NCBI GenBank assembly: GCA_964016885.1
Contig: OZ024742.1
Coordinates: 3,286,001-3,350,000 of the forward strand
DNA length: 64,000 nucleotides
Reading direction: 5' to 3'
Origin: Eledone cirrhosa
Lineage: Eukaryota
The position numbers were made by a program, and so were the translations under genes. This document shows, one piece after another, positions 42,021 through 56,638 of this stretch. The notes under the pieces were generated by a model, which ran no database searches, had not been told where the DNA came from, and saw only the letters and a list, made by a program, of their open reading frames with translations. Numbering within the stretch: position 1 is the stretch's first letter; every line of letters starts with the position of its first letter.

Positions 42021-43644
42021 CGTTCGACCGCCCCCCTCCCCCCACACTTATCCCTCACTAACACCACTAACACACCCCTCCTTTTCACCGCCCACCCCAC
42101 AACTAACAATACTAACACCTCCACTCCACCCCTCATCTGACCACCCTTCCCCAACTAACATACTAACATCCCTCCCTTCTTCTCCTCCTCCCCCTCCTTA
42201 TCACACGCACACACCCACCGGCACATATATACACGCGCTCACACTAAACACACACCCTACTACCACCACTAACCCTCAACCCTACACCTCTCACCCCCAC
42301 ACCTCCATCCCACCACCCCGCAACTAACCTCACTAACACCCCCTAACCCTAAGCACACGAACACACGCACCCACTTACACCACCCACCCCACACGCAACT
42401 AACATCACTAACACCCCCCAACCCCACGCACACGTACCCACACACCCTCGTACACCACCAACTCTACACACCCTACCACCACTTAATTCCACTCACACCT
42501 GCATTCAACCCCTCCCCACCTCCCGTATACTAACACCCACTAACACCCCTTCATCAAACTACACACACACCAGTACACCACACTCCCTCCATTGAACCAC
42601 ACACACCCTTCTCTCCCCGCTCCACCCACACCCTCGCTCCACACTCACTCATCCCACTAACACCTCTACTAATACACACACACACACCCTCCTCACTCCA
42701 ACTTTCACACCTACCCATCCTCGCCCCTTTACCATTCCACCGACTGCTGCTATGCCTTCTGACCACCTCCCAGCACAAACAGACACACAGCACTCCCACT
42801 GCTTGACCACTTCCTGTTGCGCGCGCACCCCACATCTCTCCTCTTCCGACCTTCGCTTCATGGAATACTCGCACGTAGAAATTGACCACCACAGAATCCA
42901 CTAAACACCTTTGGATTTTACCAACTTTTCAACCATCCTCTTACGTAATCACCTATATAACTCACCCACACACACACACCCCCAAAAAATGTTTTTCTCC
43001 ACACGCCACCTACACCCACAACACGCTTAAACCCCACACACACGTGCTTTCCACCACATATTTACACCCTCAGCCTCCTGTTTCCTCTCCCCCCACCCAT
43101 CTATCCACACACGCACAGACACTCCGACCCACAAACCCCCCCACACACACCTCTTCCTGAACATGCAACCCCGTTCTTCCCCCAACCCTTACTTTCACAT
43201 ACACACACACACACATACACGTACACCTACACACACACACCACCTTCAGCCCTCCCGGCTCGAAAACCCCGTCTCCCTCTCCCCACTCCACCCGCCACCA
43301 CCCCTACACAACCCACACCCTTCCACCACCTGTTTTACCCCCCTTTTAATTTCAGTTTATTTTGATCATGCTTTTATATTTAAATTTATTTCATTCCTTG
43401 TATTTTGATCAAGCTTTATTTTTATTTTTATTTTTATTTTTTTCATTCGCACCGTTTCCTTTCGCTATATGTCTCTCCACCACTCCCCTACGCACCCTTT
43501 GAACTCTGTTCCCACACACTTCTCACCTGAGGAAGGGCTTATGCCCGAAACGTCGTCACCCACCAAGACCCTACTCTCCAGAGCGTGAAATTAATAAACA
43601 TTCGTTGTACTGCCTCTCTGTTTTGTCCCAGTTCAAATTTTTCC

Positions 43645-43650
<6 letters not shown>
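42021..43650 (+). mobile_element. C/A-rich 3' tail and pseudo-LTR of the 40122 PLE
   Basis: Low-complexity CA-rich tail, HHR at 43525, AATAAA at ~43593, ends at (TA)n. Confidence 0.75.
43525..43557 (+). ncRNA. minimal hammerhead ribozyme (family G)
   Basis: AC-CTGAGGA-A-GGGC TTAT GCCC-GAA-ACGT-C-GT. Typical PLE minimal HHR, GUC site, only 2-bp stem I. Confidence 0.75.
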
Positions 43651-43699
<49 letters not shown>

Positions 43700-44003
43700 A
43701 GATAAATTATATATTTATTTATTTATGAATATATATATATATATATTAAGATAAATTAACGGAGCCATAGATTCTCGTTATTCCCTGTAAATTATGTGCT
43801 CAAAGGAAAAGGAATCCTGACCTCTTTAAAATACAATGTGTAGAAAGGGTAACACACTAGAGAAAGAGAGAGAGAGCGTGTGCCATCAATAAAACAGGGA
43901 AACTACCAGTGTATTGAATCTATAACTATATATATATATATATATTCTTGGGGAGGGTCCCCAAGTATAACAATATTTGTTTCGCAAAACTAATTCATCG
44001 CCG

Positions 44004-44571
<568 letters not shown>

Positions 44572-45781
44572 TTATTTTATGTTTATTGCCTCTGTGATTT
44601 GTCTAAACATTGCGTCTTTTCTGTGTGTAGATTCTATTTTTATTTCTATGTTCTCTAATTTACTCTTATGTTCTATTTTAGCATGTTGGTAGAGTACAGA
44701 TGAGTCTTTACTATCTTGAAGGTCGCGCCAGTGTTCATTTATCCGTTCCCCTACACTACGAGCTGTCTCGCCTATGTACACTATGTTTTTGTCTCTACAT
44801 TGTCCTTCAGTACATCTTATGTTATATACTACATTTCTAGTTTTACAGTTAATATGGGGGCTTAATTTATAGGTTATACATTTCTTATCTATACAGGGGG
44901 GTCTTTGAAAAGGGTATGTCTTGCTAATAAGTGTTTTTACGGAGGTACCTGGTCTTTATACTATCTTAATATTGAGTTTATGTTTATCTAGGGCCCTTCT
45001 AAATTTGTAAGCTAATTCACCTCTAAGGGTTGTATCGATGAACATTACACTCTGGTATTTATTGCTATCATACCATAAATTTATTCTATTAGCCTTATTC
45101 CTAGTTCTTTCTATTCTATTCCAAAATTTGCTCCTATACAAGGGGCAGGTCCCATTTGTGTCATTATTTACCATTTTTTTCCCATTTGGTTCTGGCTCCT
45201 CTATACACTCTGATTTTATCTCTCTGATTGTAACCAGAGAACTGCATACGGTGGATGAAGTGTTGTATGTGTCTCTCTAGTTCTTCGGGGTTGCACATGC
45301 GGGACACGTTTCTCATCACCCGTACCAAATCCGCAATCAGTATGTTGATTTTGGTATGGTCCGAAACAGCTGAGTTTCGATGGATCAGATATTTGGAAGT
45401 CATGGGTTTGGCATAATGGGAATGGAGGATTTGTTTTTTGTTATTAATGGTATCTAACCAGAGCTCTGTGTCTAGTACAGGTAATCGATGGTTGGGGTGT
45501 TTACTTTGGTAGTCTATAGTAACTCTCATACTCTGGTGGATGGAGTTAGCTATTTGCTGGATGCTTTCCATTGTGTTTTTCTCTAGTTCCTGACTGTTCT
45601 CTAGTGGGTGTGTTTTAACTACGATGTTTATATCATCAACGTAGCGGGAGTACATTATCAGGGTTAAGGGGTCTTCTAATTGTTCTTTAAGTTTAAGTTT
45701 AAGTCTACTGTCTCACCATACCATGAATAGGTTAGCTATGTCGCCTGCAATGCTAACATCAATGGCTTCTCCTTCCTCTTT
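44572..45781 (-). pseudogene. Penelope-like element RT/thumb + GIY-YIG fragment (Neptune-like), disrupted
   Basis: AIDVSIAGDIANLFMVW*D, YSRYVDD, RLPVLDTELW, HYAKPMTS, CKTRNVVYNIRC..VYIGETARSVGERINEH. Contains frameshifts. Clade assignment is from motif recall only. Confidence 0.88.
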
Positions 45782-46509
45782 AATGAAAAAACATATGCCC
45801 AAGAGGAAGGAGCAGTCATTGGCAACAGAGAAGAACTGAAATCCCTTCAACGCTGGGAAAAAAGTGCCGCTTGGTTCCTACACTATGAATCGACTTTTCA
45901 AACGGATTACACCTCCAATAACCCGTTCATAAAAATAGGAAAACCCCCAAGCCACTAACAAACGAAGAAGGAAGCACCACACCGAAGATGAACTTCCAAA
46001 CCTCGCTACCATAAGAAGGAACAGTAACCCTAGAAATCATCTCCCCCAGAATGACATTTACAGCTTTACCCCTTCAAGGAGACACCATACCAAATCACTC
46101 AACTACTACGCGGATGCCTCATCGTCAAACATAGGGAAAAGATACCACCACCATGATAGATGTAACAACTTCCCCGCTTCAAGGGGACAGCAAGGTAATT
46201 TCCATTTTCTCAACTCTCGCTTCCACAATACACAACAAACCCACACCACACGATACAACCAACAACGTAGGCCACCTATAACACCACCAACATAGCACAT
46301 ATAAACACACACCCATACTTGCAGTACAGGAACACCCCATTCAATCTACAACCACCAACCCGAACCACATTTTACAACAACAAGGAATATAACAAACACA
46401 GGAGACCACTTAACATCAGCAGACAACCCCTCTACCCCAACCATTTTTTAGATACAGCACACAGATACAGGCAAACAAAATAACACAAGACAGGGAGGAG
46501 AAACCGATA

Positions 46510-48754
46510 GTAACAAAAAAATTATCAATCTTACTAGTGCAGAACCAACACCCAACCTTATCAACTTACTCTCCAAAGGTCTTAAATTTACACCGACCCC
46601 ACTACGTCCTAACTACTATGAAATGAAGGAAGACATCACAGACTTCTGTAGAAAGTTACGACTCAGTGAACAACTATTCGACCAGTACAATGAGGATGAA
46701 TCATTAGCCAGAAATAGAAGCAATTACACCCCATCAAAAGGTAGAAATAAAATCCTGGATGAATTCTGTGAACACATCACAAACTTCCCTTACCAACACT
46801 TGCACAGACAAAAACACAAGCCAAACCTCAACAAGAAAGACTGGGAAGAATTAAATAGATTAAAAACCGACAGAACCATTACAATTAAAGAGGCTGATAA
46901 AGGGAGTACAGTAGTCCTAATGGAGACAGAATTCTATATCAACTTAGCGCTCTCCACTTTGGAAAACGAAACATACTACGAAAAGGCTGAACACTACAAT
47001 CAACAGAAAATTATGAGAAACCTAAAAACTCTGATCAACCAATACAAAGTAGGACTCACTAACAAGGAATTCAGCTTCATCACAGACTTCACAAGTAAAT
47101 CCAGCCTTTTCTACGGTATCCCTAATGTACATAAAAGCGAATTAATAAGTAAGGCATGCAAGGAAGCCACAGACATAGTCATCAATGTCCCCTCACCCAA
47201 TGATCTCAAATTAAAACCTATAATAACAGGCCCCGCTTGCGAAACCCACCGCCTTAGCAACTTCATTGATACCCTTCTCAAGCCTTTTCTCAAACACATC
47301 AAAATCTATATAAGGGACGTCCTAGATATGCTCAAACACCTCACTAATATGCCACTTTCTGAACAAACCCTACTAGTGACGGTCGATGTAGTCAACCTAT
47401 ACTCCAACATCCCCACAACCTAGGAATAGAAGCTATCCAATTCTGGCTGGATAATTACCACAATGAACTTCCACAACGCATCAAAAAAGAAATCGTGGTA
47501 GACGGACTCAAATTTATCTTGGAGAACAATTACTTCGTTTTCAATAACAAACCCTACAGGCAGAAATCTGGGACCGCTATAGGAACGAAAACAGCCCCCC
47601 ACTTATGCCAACCTAGTCATGGGATACCTGGAAATCACCCTCTACACTAAAGTCCTAAACAAATTTGGAAACACTCTCCACTTACACATAGAAAGGAACT
47701 GGAAGCGATATCTAGATGACTGCTTCATCCTTTGGCACGAAAACATCGAGAAACTTAAAGAATTTCACACCCTTATAAATGGGCTCAACACGAATATTAA
47801 CTTCACGATGGAATACTGCCATCAACAACTCCCCTTCCTCGACATCCTCATTAAGATCCATAACAAAAAAATAGAAACAGACATATACTACAAGCCCACA
47901 GACTCCAAGCAATATCTTCCTTTCAACTCTTGCCACCCTAGACACGTTAAAATTAATATTCCCTACAACTTAGCCAAGAGAATCTGTACTATAGTCTCCA
48001 ATAAAAACACCTGGTACTTACGGCTACAAGAACTAAAGGAAACACTCATAGGCAGGGACTACCCTGCATCACTAATTGACAATGGAATCCAACGTGCCCT
48101 AAAACTCAGTACCCAGGACCTTAGACACTCTAAAGTAAATCAACCGAAACTAAAAGCTCTTCCATACATCTCCACACACAACCTCTCAGCAATGAGGCCT
48201 TTGACACCATCCTCCAGAACATCCCTGTGTTGAAAAAGGACCATAGAATGAACCAAATCCTACGAACACACGATATCATAAAGAGCAAAAGACAATCTAA
48301 GTCAATGAAAAACATCCTAACACATGCCAAAGTACTGCCAACCACAACAACGAAACCCACAGTAAAAAAATGCGATAGACCCAACTGTGGCATTTGCATC
48401 AACCTAATAGAGGGTTCGGAATTCTATTTCAAAGAAGGACAACGTTTTATAGTAAAACACAATTTCACATGTGCATCGGAAAATCTAATATATGTATGAA
48501 CTTGCTCAGGTTGTCGAGAACAATACATAGGTCAGACCAAAAACAGCCTCCGCCAACGCATGACTGTCCATAGATCCCAAATTAAAATACGGGAATACAG
48601 GAAAATACCACTGAGTGAACACATTGATACCTGTGCCGCCCAAAATCATCCCAACTTCAGAATCTTTCCCCTCTACAAATTTAAAGATAATACCACCCAC
48701 ACCCAGCGCATCAGCAAGGAATCTTACTTTATTAACAAATACGGACCCATCTAA
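46510..48754 (+). pseudogene. Penelope-like element RT + GIY-YIG, near full-length, frameshifted
   Basis: IINL..LLSKGLKFTPTP, TIKEADKGSTVV, DVVNLYSNIP, GTAIGTK, WKRYLDDCF, LPFLD, YYKPTDSKQYL, CDRPNCGIC, NLIYV, YIGQT. Frame breaks near 47420, 47600, 48200 and 48497. The element probably spans ~45782-49750. Confidence 0.93.
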
Positions 48755-49346
48755 ACACTTCTCCCTAAGACGAACCCACAACATACACACGTCAACATAC
48801 ATACCTACATCAGCACACATCTCTACCCTCATATATACACAATGACATACGTAAACACACATGTTCTATGGTGCAACACAAATATACACAAATGTGCATA
48901 CCTTTTGATGTCTATAGATATAAACGTGCCGACACACACACATGCATTGCACACTGATGGGCACATACATTTTTGTGCACAGGTATTCCAATACGGCAAG
49001 GCCTTACAATCTGGACACACTCCAGATACATATTTGTGCACAGGTATTCCAATACGGCAAGGCCTAAGGGATCCCCCTTTCAGTACGTACAATCTGGACA
49101 CACACACACACACTCACACACACCTTGGTATTATGCCAATACTATATATCATTTCACACCTTTTATTATTAAGGTTTTTGATGTTCTATTGAGAGAATCG
49201 ATTTTACTGAAAATATCGAATAATGTACACCATTTTACCAGGAAAAAAATACTGGTCCACCCACACACACACACACACACATTCTCACACACACACACAC
49301 ATATATACACACACACATACACACGCGTACATTAACATACAAAGAG

Positions 49347-49424
<78 letters not shown>

Positions 49425-49764
49425 ACACACTTCTCCGTATAAGACAAGAGCTGAAAAATATCTTTTAACATGTTAAAATATCCCCCACTCACTTACAGAC
49501 ACATTCCTACTGACCATCCCTCTACCACAAATTACTCTGCTACACACACACACACTTGTCTTAATAGGCATTTGAACTGTCAACAGGCTGCGGTCGCACA
49601 CACATCCCTGCTGACCATTATCACAACAACGAACACTTTACTACTACTACTACACACACACACACATATTTGTTGTGAAAGAGTCATTTCTCAGTCAGCC
49701 GACACAAACCTACTTTTGGCGCAAAATCAGTTTTTTACATTCACATGACCTCTACCGACCAATC

Positions 49765-50207
49765 AAAATTGTTCTGTCCTACGCCATTTTGTTTCTCAAC
49801 ATTTATTATAATAAATTGAAGTGAAAGCAACTGGTGCGTGTGTTTCTTATTGGCAACATGACCCTCCCAAAGTATAACAATATCGGTTTCAACACACGTT
49901 TTCAGATAAAGAATCTTGCTAAACAAAATGGCGTAGGACAGAACAAAGGACAAAACAAAACAAAAAAAACAAAACAAAGGAGAGACACAAAAACAAAGAA
50001 AAGAATCCCCAGTCACTGAAGAGGTCACAGAATGTGTGACGAAAGAACTTTGACAATATATAAACAACCATCTGGTTGTGGAACCAACCAACCAACCGGA
50101 AATTTATAAATTCCTAAATTTATAAATTTATTATAATAAATTGAAGTGAAAACAACTGGTGCATGTGTTTCTTATTGGCAACATGACCCTCCCAAAGTAT
50201 AACAATA
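49765..50207 (+). mobile_element. inverted pseudo-LTR matching 44113-44372, with internal ~80-bp direct repeat
   Basis: 49800-49882 is repeated at 50125-50207. The region is the reverse complement of 44113-44372. Confidence 0.82.
50012..50054 (+). ncRNA. minimal hammerhead ribozyme (family H)
   Basis: GTCA-CTGAAGA-G-GTCACA gaatg TGTGAC-GAAA-GAACTT-TGAC. Stem I GTCA/TGAC, 6-bp stem II. Confidence 0.75.
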
Positions 50208-50330
50208 TATATATATATATATATATATATCTTAAACGGCCGACTTTCGTCAAATCGGACCGAGGGAACAATGTTTCCGTTGGTCTTTCCAATTGCTAAT
50301 ACTATCTATCGGTCGCAACTCCAGGTAGAA

Positions 50331-50448
50331 GGAGCAACGTGAAATAAAGTGTCTTGCTCAAGGACATAACGCATCGCCTGGTCCAGGAATCGAACTCACA
50401 ACCTTACGATTGCGAATCCAATTCTCTAACCACTCAGCCACACGCCTT
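50331..50448 (-). mobile_element. tRNA-derived CORE-type SINE head
   Basis: Minus strand: GGCGTGTGGCTGAGTGGTTAGAG..GAGTTCGATTCC..CCTTGAGCAAGACACTTTATTTCAC. Confidence 0.8.
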
Positions 50449-50960
50449 CATATATATAGGAATGAAAGATTTTGTTATTCCACCCGAGCGGCAATATAAA
50501 GAAAAGAAGTTGATATGCACTAGAAAGTTTATCTACAGTAATTTTACTGTTTCACATTTTAATGAGTTTGGGAGACTTGGAGCTATGCCTTAACTGTCTC
50601 GCCTCAGACTGCAGTTTGAACATTCTCTTTCTGTATCGAGAGAAAATGTCTCAAATTCCTACCTGTTTAAGAAGAAAATTGATTGGTTGAAGATAATCAC
50701 ATGATTAGTCTTAGAACGTCCTTAGTTCTCACATGCGCCCGTGCATGATATTATGTGACAAAAAATAATAACATTTGCGTCAAAAGTTAAAGCTTTCATG
50801 GTTCAGTGAATTTCTCTAATGACCATCCAAAATATCCAAGGCTCTCTAAATTTAAACTGTCAGTTGGTAGAATGAACTAGAATTGAATGCATGTAGTCAT
50901 GAATTTTTTTTAGTTCTCCACTACGTCCGTGCTTTAGTGTTTTGGGGCGAAATGATAACA

Positions 50961-51325
50961 ATAATTGTTTCTACTTTTGGACAAAGCCAGCAATTATCCA
51001 GTGCATTACTGGTACTTTATTTTATCGACCCCGTAAGGATGAAAGGCAAAGTTAACCTCGGCGGGATTTGAACTCATAATAGCGTCAGAATGCGTCAAAG
51101 CATGGCGTCCGACCATCTACCGATACTGCCAATCAACAATAATTGTTTCTACTTTAGGCACAAGGCCAGCAATTACCCAGTGCATTACTGGTACTTTATT
51201 TTATCGACCCCGTAAGGATGAAAGGCAAAGTCAACCTCGGCGGGATTTGAACTCAGATCGTAAAGGGACGTAACTATGCTGGAAAGCATGGCGGCCGACC
51301 CTCTACCGATACTGCCAATCCACCA
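50961..51325 (-). mobile_element. two tandem SINE copies (26505 family)
   Basis: ~175-190-bp unit repeated at ~50961 and ~51136, with B-box GAGTTCAAATCCC on the minus strand. Confidence 0.82.
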
Positions 51326-52055
51326 ATCAACAATAATGATTGTAACTTGTAACTGCACAAAAAGTTAAGGTTGCCATGGTTCACTGATTATGTCCATTGG
51401 CAGTCCAATAAATCAAGGCTGTGTCAATTCAATACGTCAAGTGGGAGAAAGATGTGTATGTGTGTATGTACACATAACATTTTTGTTCTCTACTACGTCC
51501 GTACGTTAGTGTCATGCGAGGAAAAGTCATAATTATGTTGTCGGCTGTGTAATTTCAACATGTCAAATGGCTGGATGAAGAATGAGAGAGAGAGTGTATC
51601 ACTGAGAGAGTGAGCGTGTGTGTGTGTGTGTCTGTGATTCAGTCTAGGGTTTTGTCTCAATGGTGGAATGTTCTGATAGATAATGTTATATACCTCTGTA
51701 TTTTGGAGGTTGTGTATTGTAATAACGGGTAGAGAATTGGCTGTACCTGAAGTGGCTTTATTTTGTTTTCCAAGTTCTTGGATATGTACTCGTTATCTAT
51801 TAACGTTAATGAGTCTTTCAAGTAGCATTTGTCTTAATTCGTGGAGTCTTTTATTTCGAATTCCATAATTTGAGACAATTGTGTTGACACATTCTAAGGA
51901 TTCTAGTAAATATTTATAGAACTTCAAGCTTATTTTAATCTAGATTGTTCGTATATCTCGATCCAGTTGTATACCATGATTAAATTGGCATGTTACAATC
52001 TAAATACTGGGGTGACCTTGATCGATAAATTAACATGGCCGTACACACACACACG

Positions 52056-52173
<118 letters not shown>

Positions 52174-52261
52174 TATATATATATATGTGTGTCTATATAT
52201 ATATATATATATAAATATGCACACATAAATATATATATGTATATAAATATGCATACATAAA

Positions 52262-52379
<118 letters not shown>

Positions 52380-52569
52380 TATATAAGGTTAGTAATTTAA
52401 AACTCTACTTCAGTGATTTGATTCTGACTTAGGTCTTTTTTCTATTTAATTGCCAAACCTGTAGATCTTGTTTTCTATACAGTAACGGTAAAAATCACTT
52501 GTAATAATCCTTTACACACATTTCACTATGTAACACACTTCTATTTGTGTAATATATTTGTATATATAT

Positions 52570-53630
52570 ATGAAAAATGGCGTGCTGCATGTTGCAAATA
52601 GGATACATATGAATGAAATTAGTCCGTCATCAGTGATCTTACAACCGTCATTGGTATTTCTTCACATTAAAGATCATATACCTCTGGCTGGTGCGAGCAA
52701 TAATTAAAAAAAGGTATTGGGACACGTAAAATAGGGTGAAGCAAGCGAGACATGTAAACAAACAGAGATGGTAATGCAACGGAAAGAGAGGAAGAGGAGA
52801 AACAAGTCCGTGATAACTGTGAACATAAATTCGATCAAATCATAGACGAGGACAGATACAGACCGTCCGAGCCGAGTGAGATGTAAGTGAGAAAAGGATT
52901 TCACACAGGTCAATCGGGAGGAGGTGAGAGAGGGGGAGTAGCAGAGAGTGAGTGAGTGAAAGTGTGAGGAAGAGGCCAGCTGGGAGAGAGTGACTGGCAG
53001 AAGGGGTAAGTTATTGCTCGCACCAGCCAGAGGTATATGATCTTTAATGCGAAGAAATAGCAATGACGGTTGCAAGATCACTGATGACGGACTAATTTTA
53101 TTCATATTTATCCCATTTGCAACACGAAGCACGCCATTTTTCATATATTTATTTTTTTCCCCATCCGCTGTGACCTGTCTGTTTCTTTCTTACTGCTTCC
53201 CCTTTCTCTGTATCTCTCACCTTTATTTTACCCCCTCTGCACAGTCACTCTCTCTCAGCTGGCCTCTTCTTCACACTTTCACTCACTCACTCACTCTATG
53301 CTACTCCCCCTCTCTCACTTCCTTCCGCTTGACCTGTGTGAAATCCTTTTCTCGCTTACATCTCACTCGGCTCGGACGGTCTGTATCTCTCCTCGTCTAT
53401 GATTTGATCGAACTTAAGTTCACAGTTATCACGGACATGTTTCTCCTCTGCCTCTCTTTCCGCTGCATTACCCTCTCTGTTTACATGTCTCGCTTGCTTC
53501 ACCCTATTTTACGTGTCCCAATACCTTTTTTTAGTTATTGCTCGCACCAGCCAGAGGTATATGATCTTTAATGCGAAGAAATACCAATGACGGTTGGAAG
53601 ATCACTGACGACGGACTAATTTTATTCATA
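52570..53630. mobile_element. pseudo-LTR-like repeat: inverted partial copy plus direct copy with terminal redundancy, bounded by (TA)n
   Basis: 52570-52704 is inverted at 53011-53145. 52706-53009 is inverted at ~53230-53532. 53011-53106 is repeated at 53534-53630. Related to 36543-37143. Confidence 0.75.
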
Positions 53631-53845
53631 TATATATATATATATATACGTGTAGACGCGTTCTTGAGACTAGTAAAATGAGGTATCCTCTTGATAAGTC
53701 GGCAGACCTCGCAAGGACTCTATATCTTTATGATATATTGTTTTTTGTTTATGCCACGAAACTACGTAGTCGAGGAATTTAGGAGCAGTTTAGGTATGAT
53801 ACATTTTATTACTAATTATATCTAAATGTTTCTTCTCTCTTCATA

Positions 53846-53936
<91 letters not shown>

Positions 53937-54210
53937 TATAAACACACACATTCATATACACAGCCACTTTACTGGGAAACCCAATATTAAAACATTTTTC
54001 TTCCCTCCTACATTTATGTTGCCATTCTCTCTCAAAATATTACCCCTCTCTCAATAAAACATTATATGCCTTTCTAACCCTCTCTCTCACTAGACAACAT
54101 CTCCTTCTCTCACTAAACCACAAAACTTTCTCTGTCTCTCTATATCCCACTACACACAACACACTCTCTCTCTTACACCCTCTCTCTCTATACAGACACA
54201 CACATACCTA

Positions 54211-54290
<80 letters not shown>

Positions 54291-54299
54291 TACACATAC

Positions 54300-54332
<33 letters not shown>

Positions 54333-54339
54333 TATTACT

Positions 54340-55500
54340 GATCTTATCGGCCTTTTCCTTCTTTTCTCTATCAAGGACGAATTCCTCAACGCGGGCGGTG
54401 GTTTGTACCGTGACGATGGTCTTTTGACCATGACTAAGTGCGGACCTCGTGCTTGCGACAGGTTCAGAAAAGAACTCACAGCCTTCTTTAAGGGCTTCAA
54501 TCTCTCTATACAGTTTGAGGCCAATCTCTCGGTCGTTAATTACCTCGACGTTACCTTCAATTTATTGAATGGGTTGTATTACCCGTATAGAAAGCCGAAT
54601 GATACGCTTAATTACATAAGTAAGCATTCCAACCATCCTGCCAGCATAACCAAGAACCTGGTAAGAAACGTTTCGTTGAGACTTTCCCGTCTTTCCACCA
54701 ACAAGCGTATTTTCAACGACCATTCCACTTATTACAATGAAGCTCTTGCTCGAAGTTGATTTGTCGATAAGGTAGCATATACAGAGTACGATAATAGACC
54801 TAGAAGAAATAGATCCCGTCGCATTTGTTGGTATAACCCACCATATAATATGGAGGTGGCCACACCATTAACTAAGATCTTTCTTTCCCTTATTACGAAG
54901 CATTTTCCCCCTACACATAAATATAGTAAAATTTTTAATAGAAATACTATTAAAATTTCTTACTCTACGACTCCTAACCTTGCACATAACATCACAGCTT
55001 CAAATTTAGCTAAACTACCTAGCCGTAGGAACACGTGCAACCCTGTAGTTAGTACTAACTGTAATTGTAGGAATCGGGTTGATTGCCCCCTATCCGGGAA
55101 ATGCCTCTCTAGTAACATTGTCTACAAATGTAAGGTTGTAACACCCACGTCCCGTAGGGCCTACGTAGGGTTAACCACCAATAGATTCAAGCAGCGTCTT
55201 TACATGCATACCCATTCTTTTCGTTACCCTCTAAGAAGGAATATGACGTCACTTTCAGCTTATATCTGGAGTCTAAAAGACAACCACACCCAATATAAGT
55301 TACACTGGGAGATCCTAGCTAGGGCTAGATCGTAAAACGGTAATAAAAGACCATGTGACCTCTGCGCCGCTGAGGCCCTGGAAATACTCTACGCCACAGA
55401 CCACATCTTAAACAAGAAATCTGAGGCAATTTCGGCTTGTAAACATAAATTGCACAAAACTTTCCTGTATTACAGCCCCACGTTATACCCTAACGGATAG
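54340..55500 (+). pseudogene. Penelope-like element (GLYRDD-type) RT C-terminus + GIY-YIG, 5'-truncated, two premature stops
   Basis: [69 protein letters not shown]. In-frame stops at 54757-54759 and 55333-55335. 3' tail runs to ~56590. Confidence 0.92.
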
Positions 55501-56585
55501 TACGATCTATACGTGGATATTTTACGTCTCGATGTGAGCTAAGTATATGTTTTGTTTATACCTTTACTTATTTGTATAGGTAAGTATATATTATCCGTAT
55601 GTTTTGTGAAGGTACGTATACCTTCTCGTACGTATATTTGATTGTTATGGCGTATAATTTTTTTTATATATTCTGGTACATATGGTTCGGCTATGTGTAT
55701 ACGGGAGTTTTGCGTCTGTGTGAGTATGCACGTTCGTACGTATGTAGGGCGTGTGTATATGTGTACTTCATGTTTTGGTTGACTTACGTCTCCGAACATT
55801 CGTGTATTTATATGTAGGTATGTGTGTGCGCTTGTTATATACGTATTTATTTATTTATATACGTTTATATTATTATTTATTTATTTGTATACACGCTTAC
55901 ACACACACATATTTATATGTGCGTGGTTTTGTTTACCTATGGCAAGTTTTTGCGTATGCTTGTGTATGTACGTTTCTGTTTGCGTGTATGTATTTATTTA
56001 TTTCTATTACTTCTGTATTGTATTTATTTACTTTGTTCTTAACTCTGTAGCGGAGATTCATTCGGTCTCCTAGTTAGAATTTAGTCTACGACTTCTGCTA
56101 TACCATTTACGTGGTTTTTTCTTTGCGTGCTATTGTTCTCCACGCTCCACATATGACGTATTATCTTCGTTTTTTTCGTTCATTGCTAGAGAACGTCTCT
56201 ATGCACCATCTAAGAGAACATTAGTCTACGACCTCTTTTATACCATAAACGTGGTTCTGTCTTTGCGCGTAATTGTTTTTCACCGCTCCTATTAATGACG
56301 TATTATTCGTTTTTTCCCGTTCTTTGCCAGCGAACGTTTCCACGAACCAAAGTATCGTCTTCCTGTCTTCCTCCGGTTGCAACGTTTTTTGAAATATCCA
56401 GTTCTGCGTTTACAGATTGACTTTGTTAGTTTCAGGAGATCCCGTTAAGGGTGAAAGCAGCGACTCTTTGTTTAAACTTTAATCTGTTATTTTAATAAAT
56501 ATTTGCTCTACGGTTCTTATATATTTGATATATATTTATCCTTATCGAGCCCTCTTTGGATTTTAGTCTCCAAATTAATTATTAT

Positions 56586-56638
<53 letters not shown>

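Noticed and set aside
54757-54759. In-frame TGA in a PLE as selenocysteine (as reported for some Naiad elements)
   Set aside because: It aligns with Gly in the homologue (ALARSGH), a TAA also interrupts the frame, and the endonuclease is C-terminal. This is ordinary decay.
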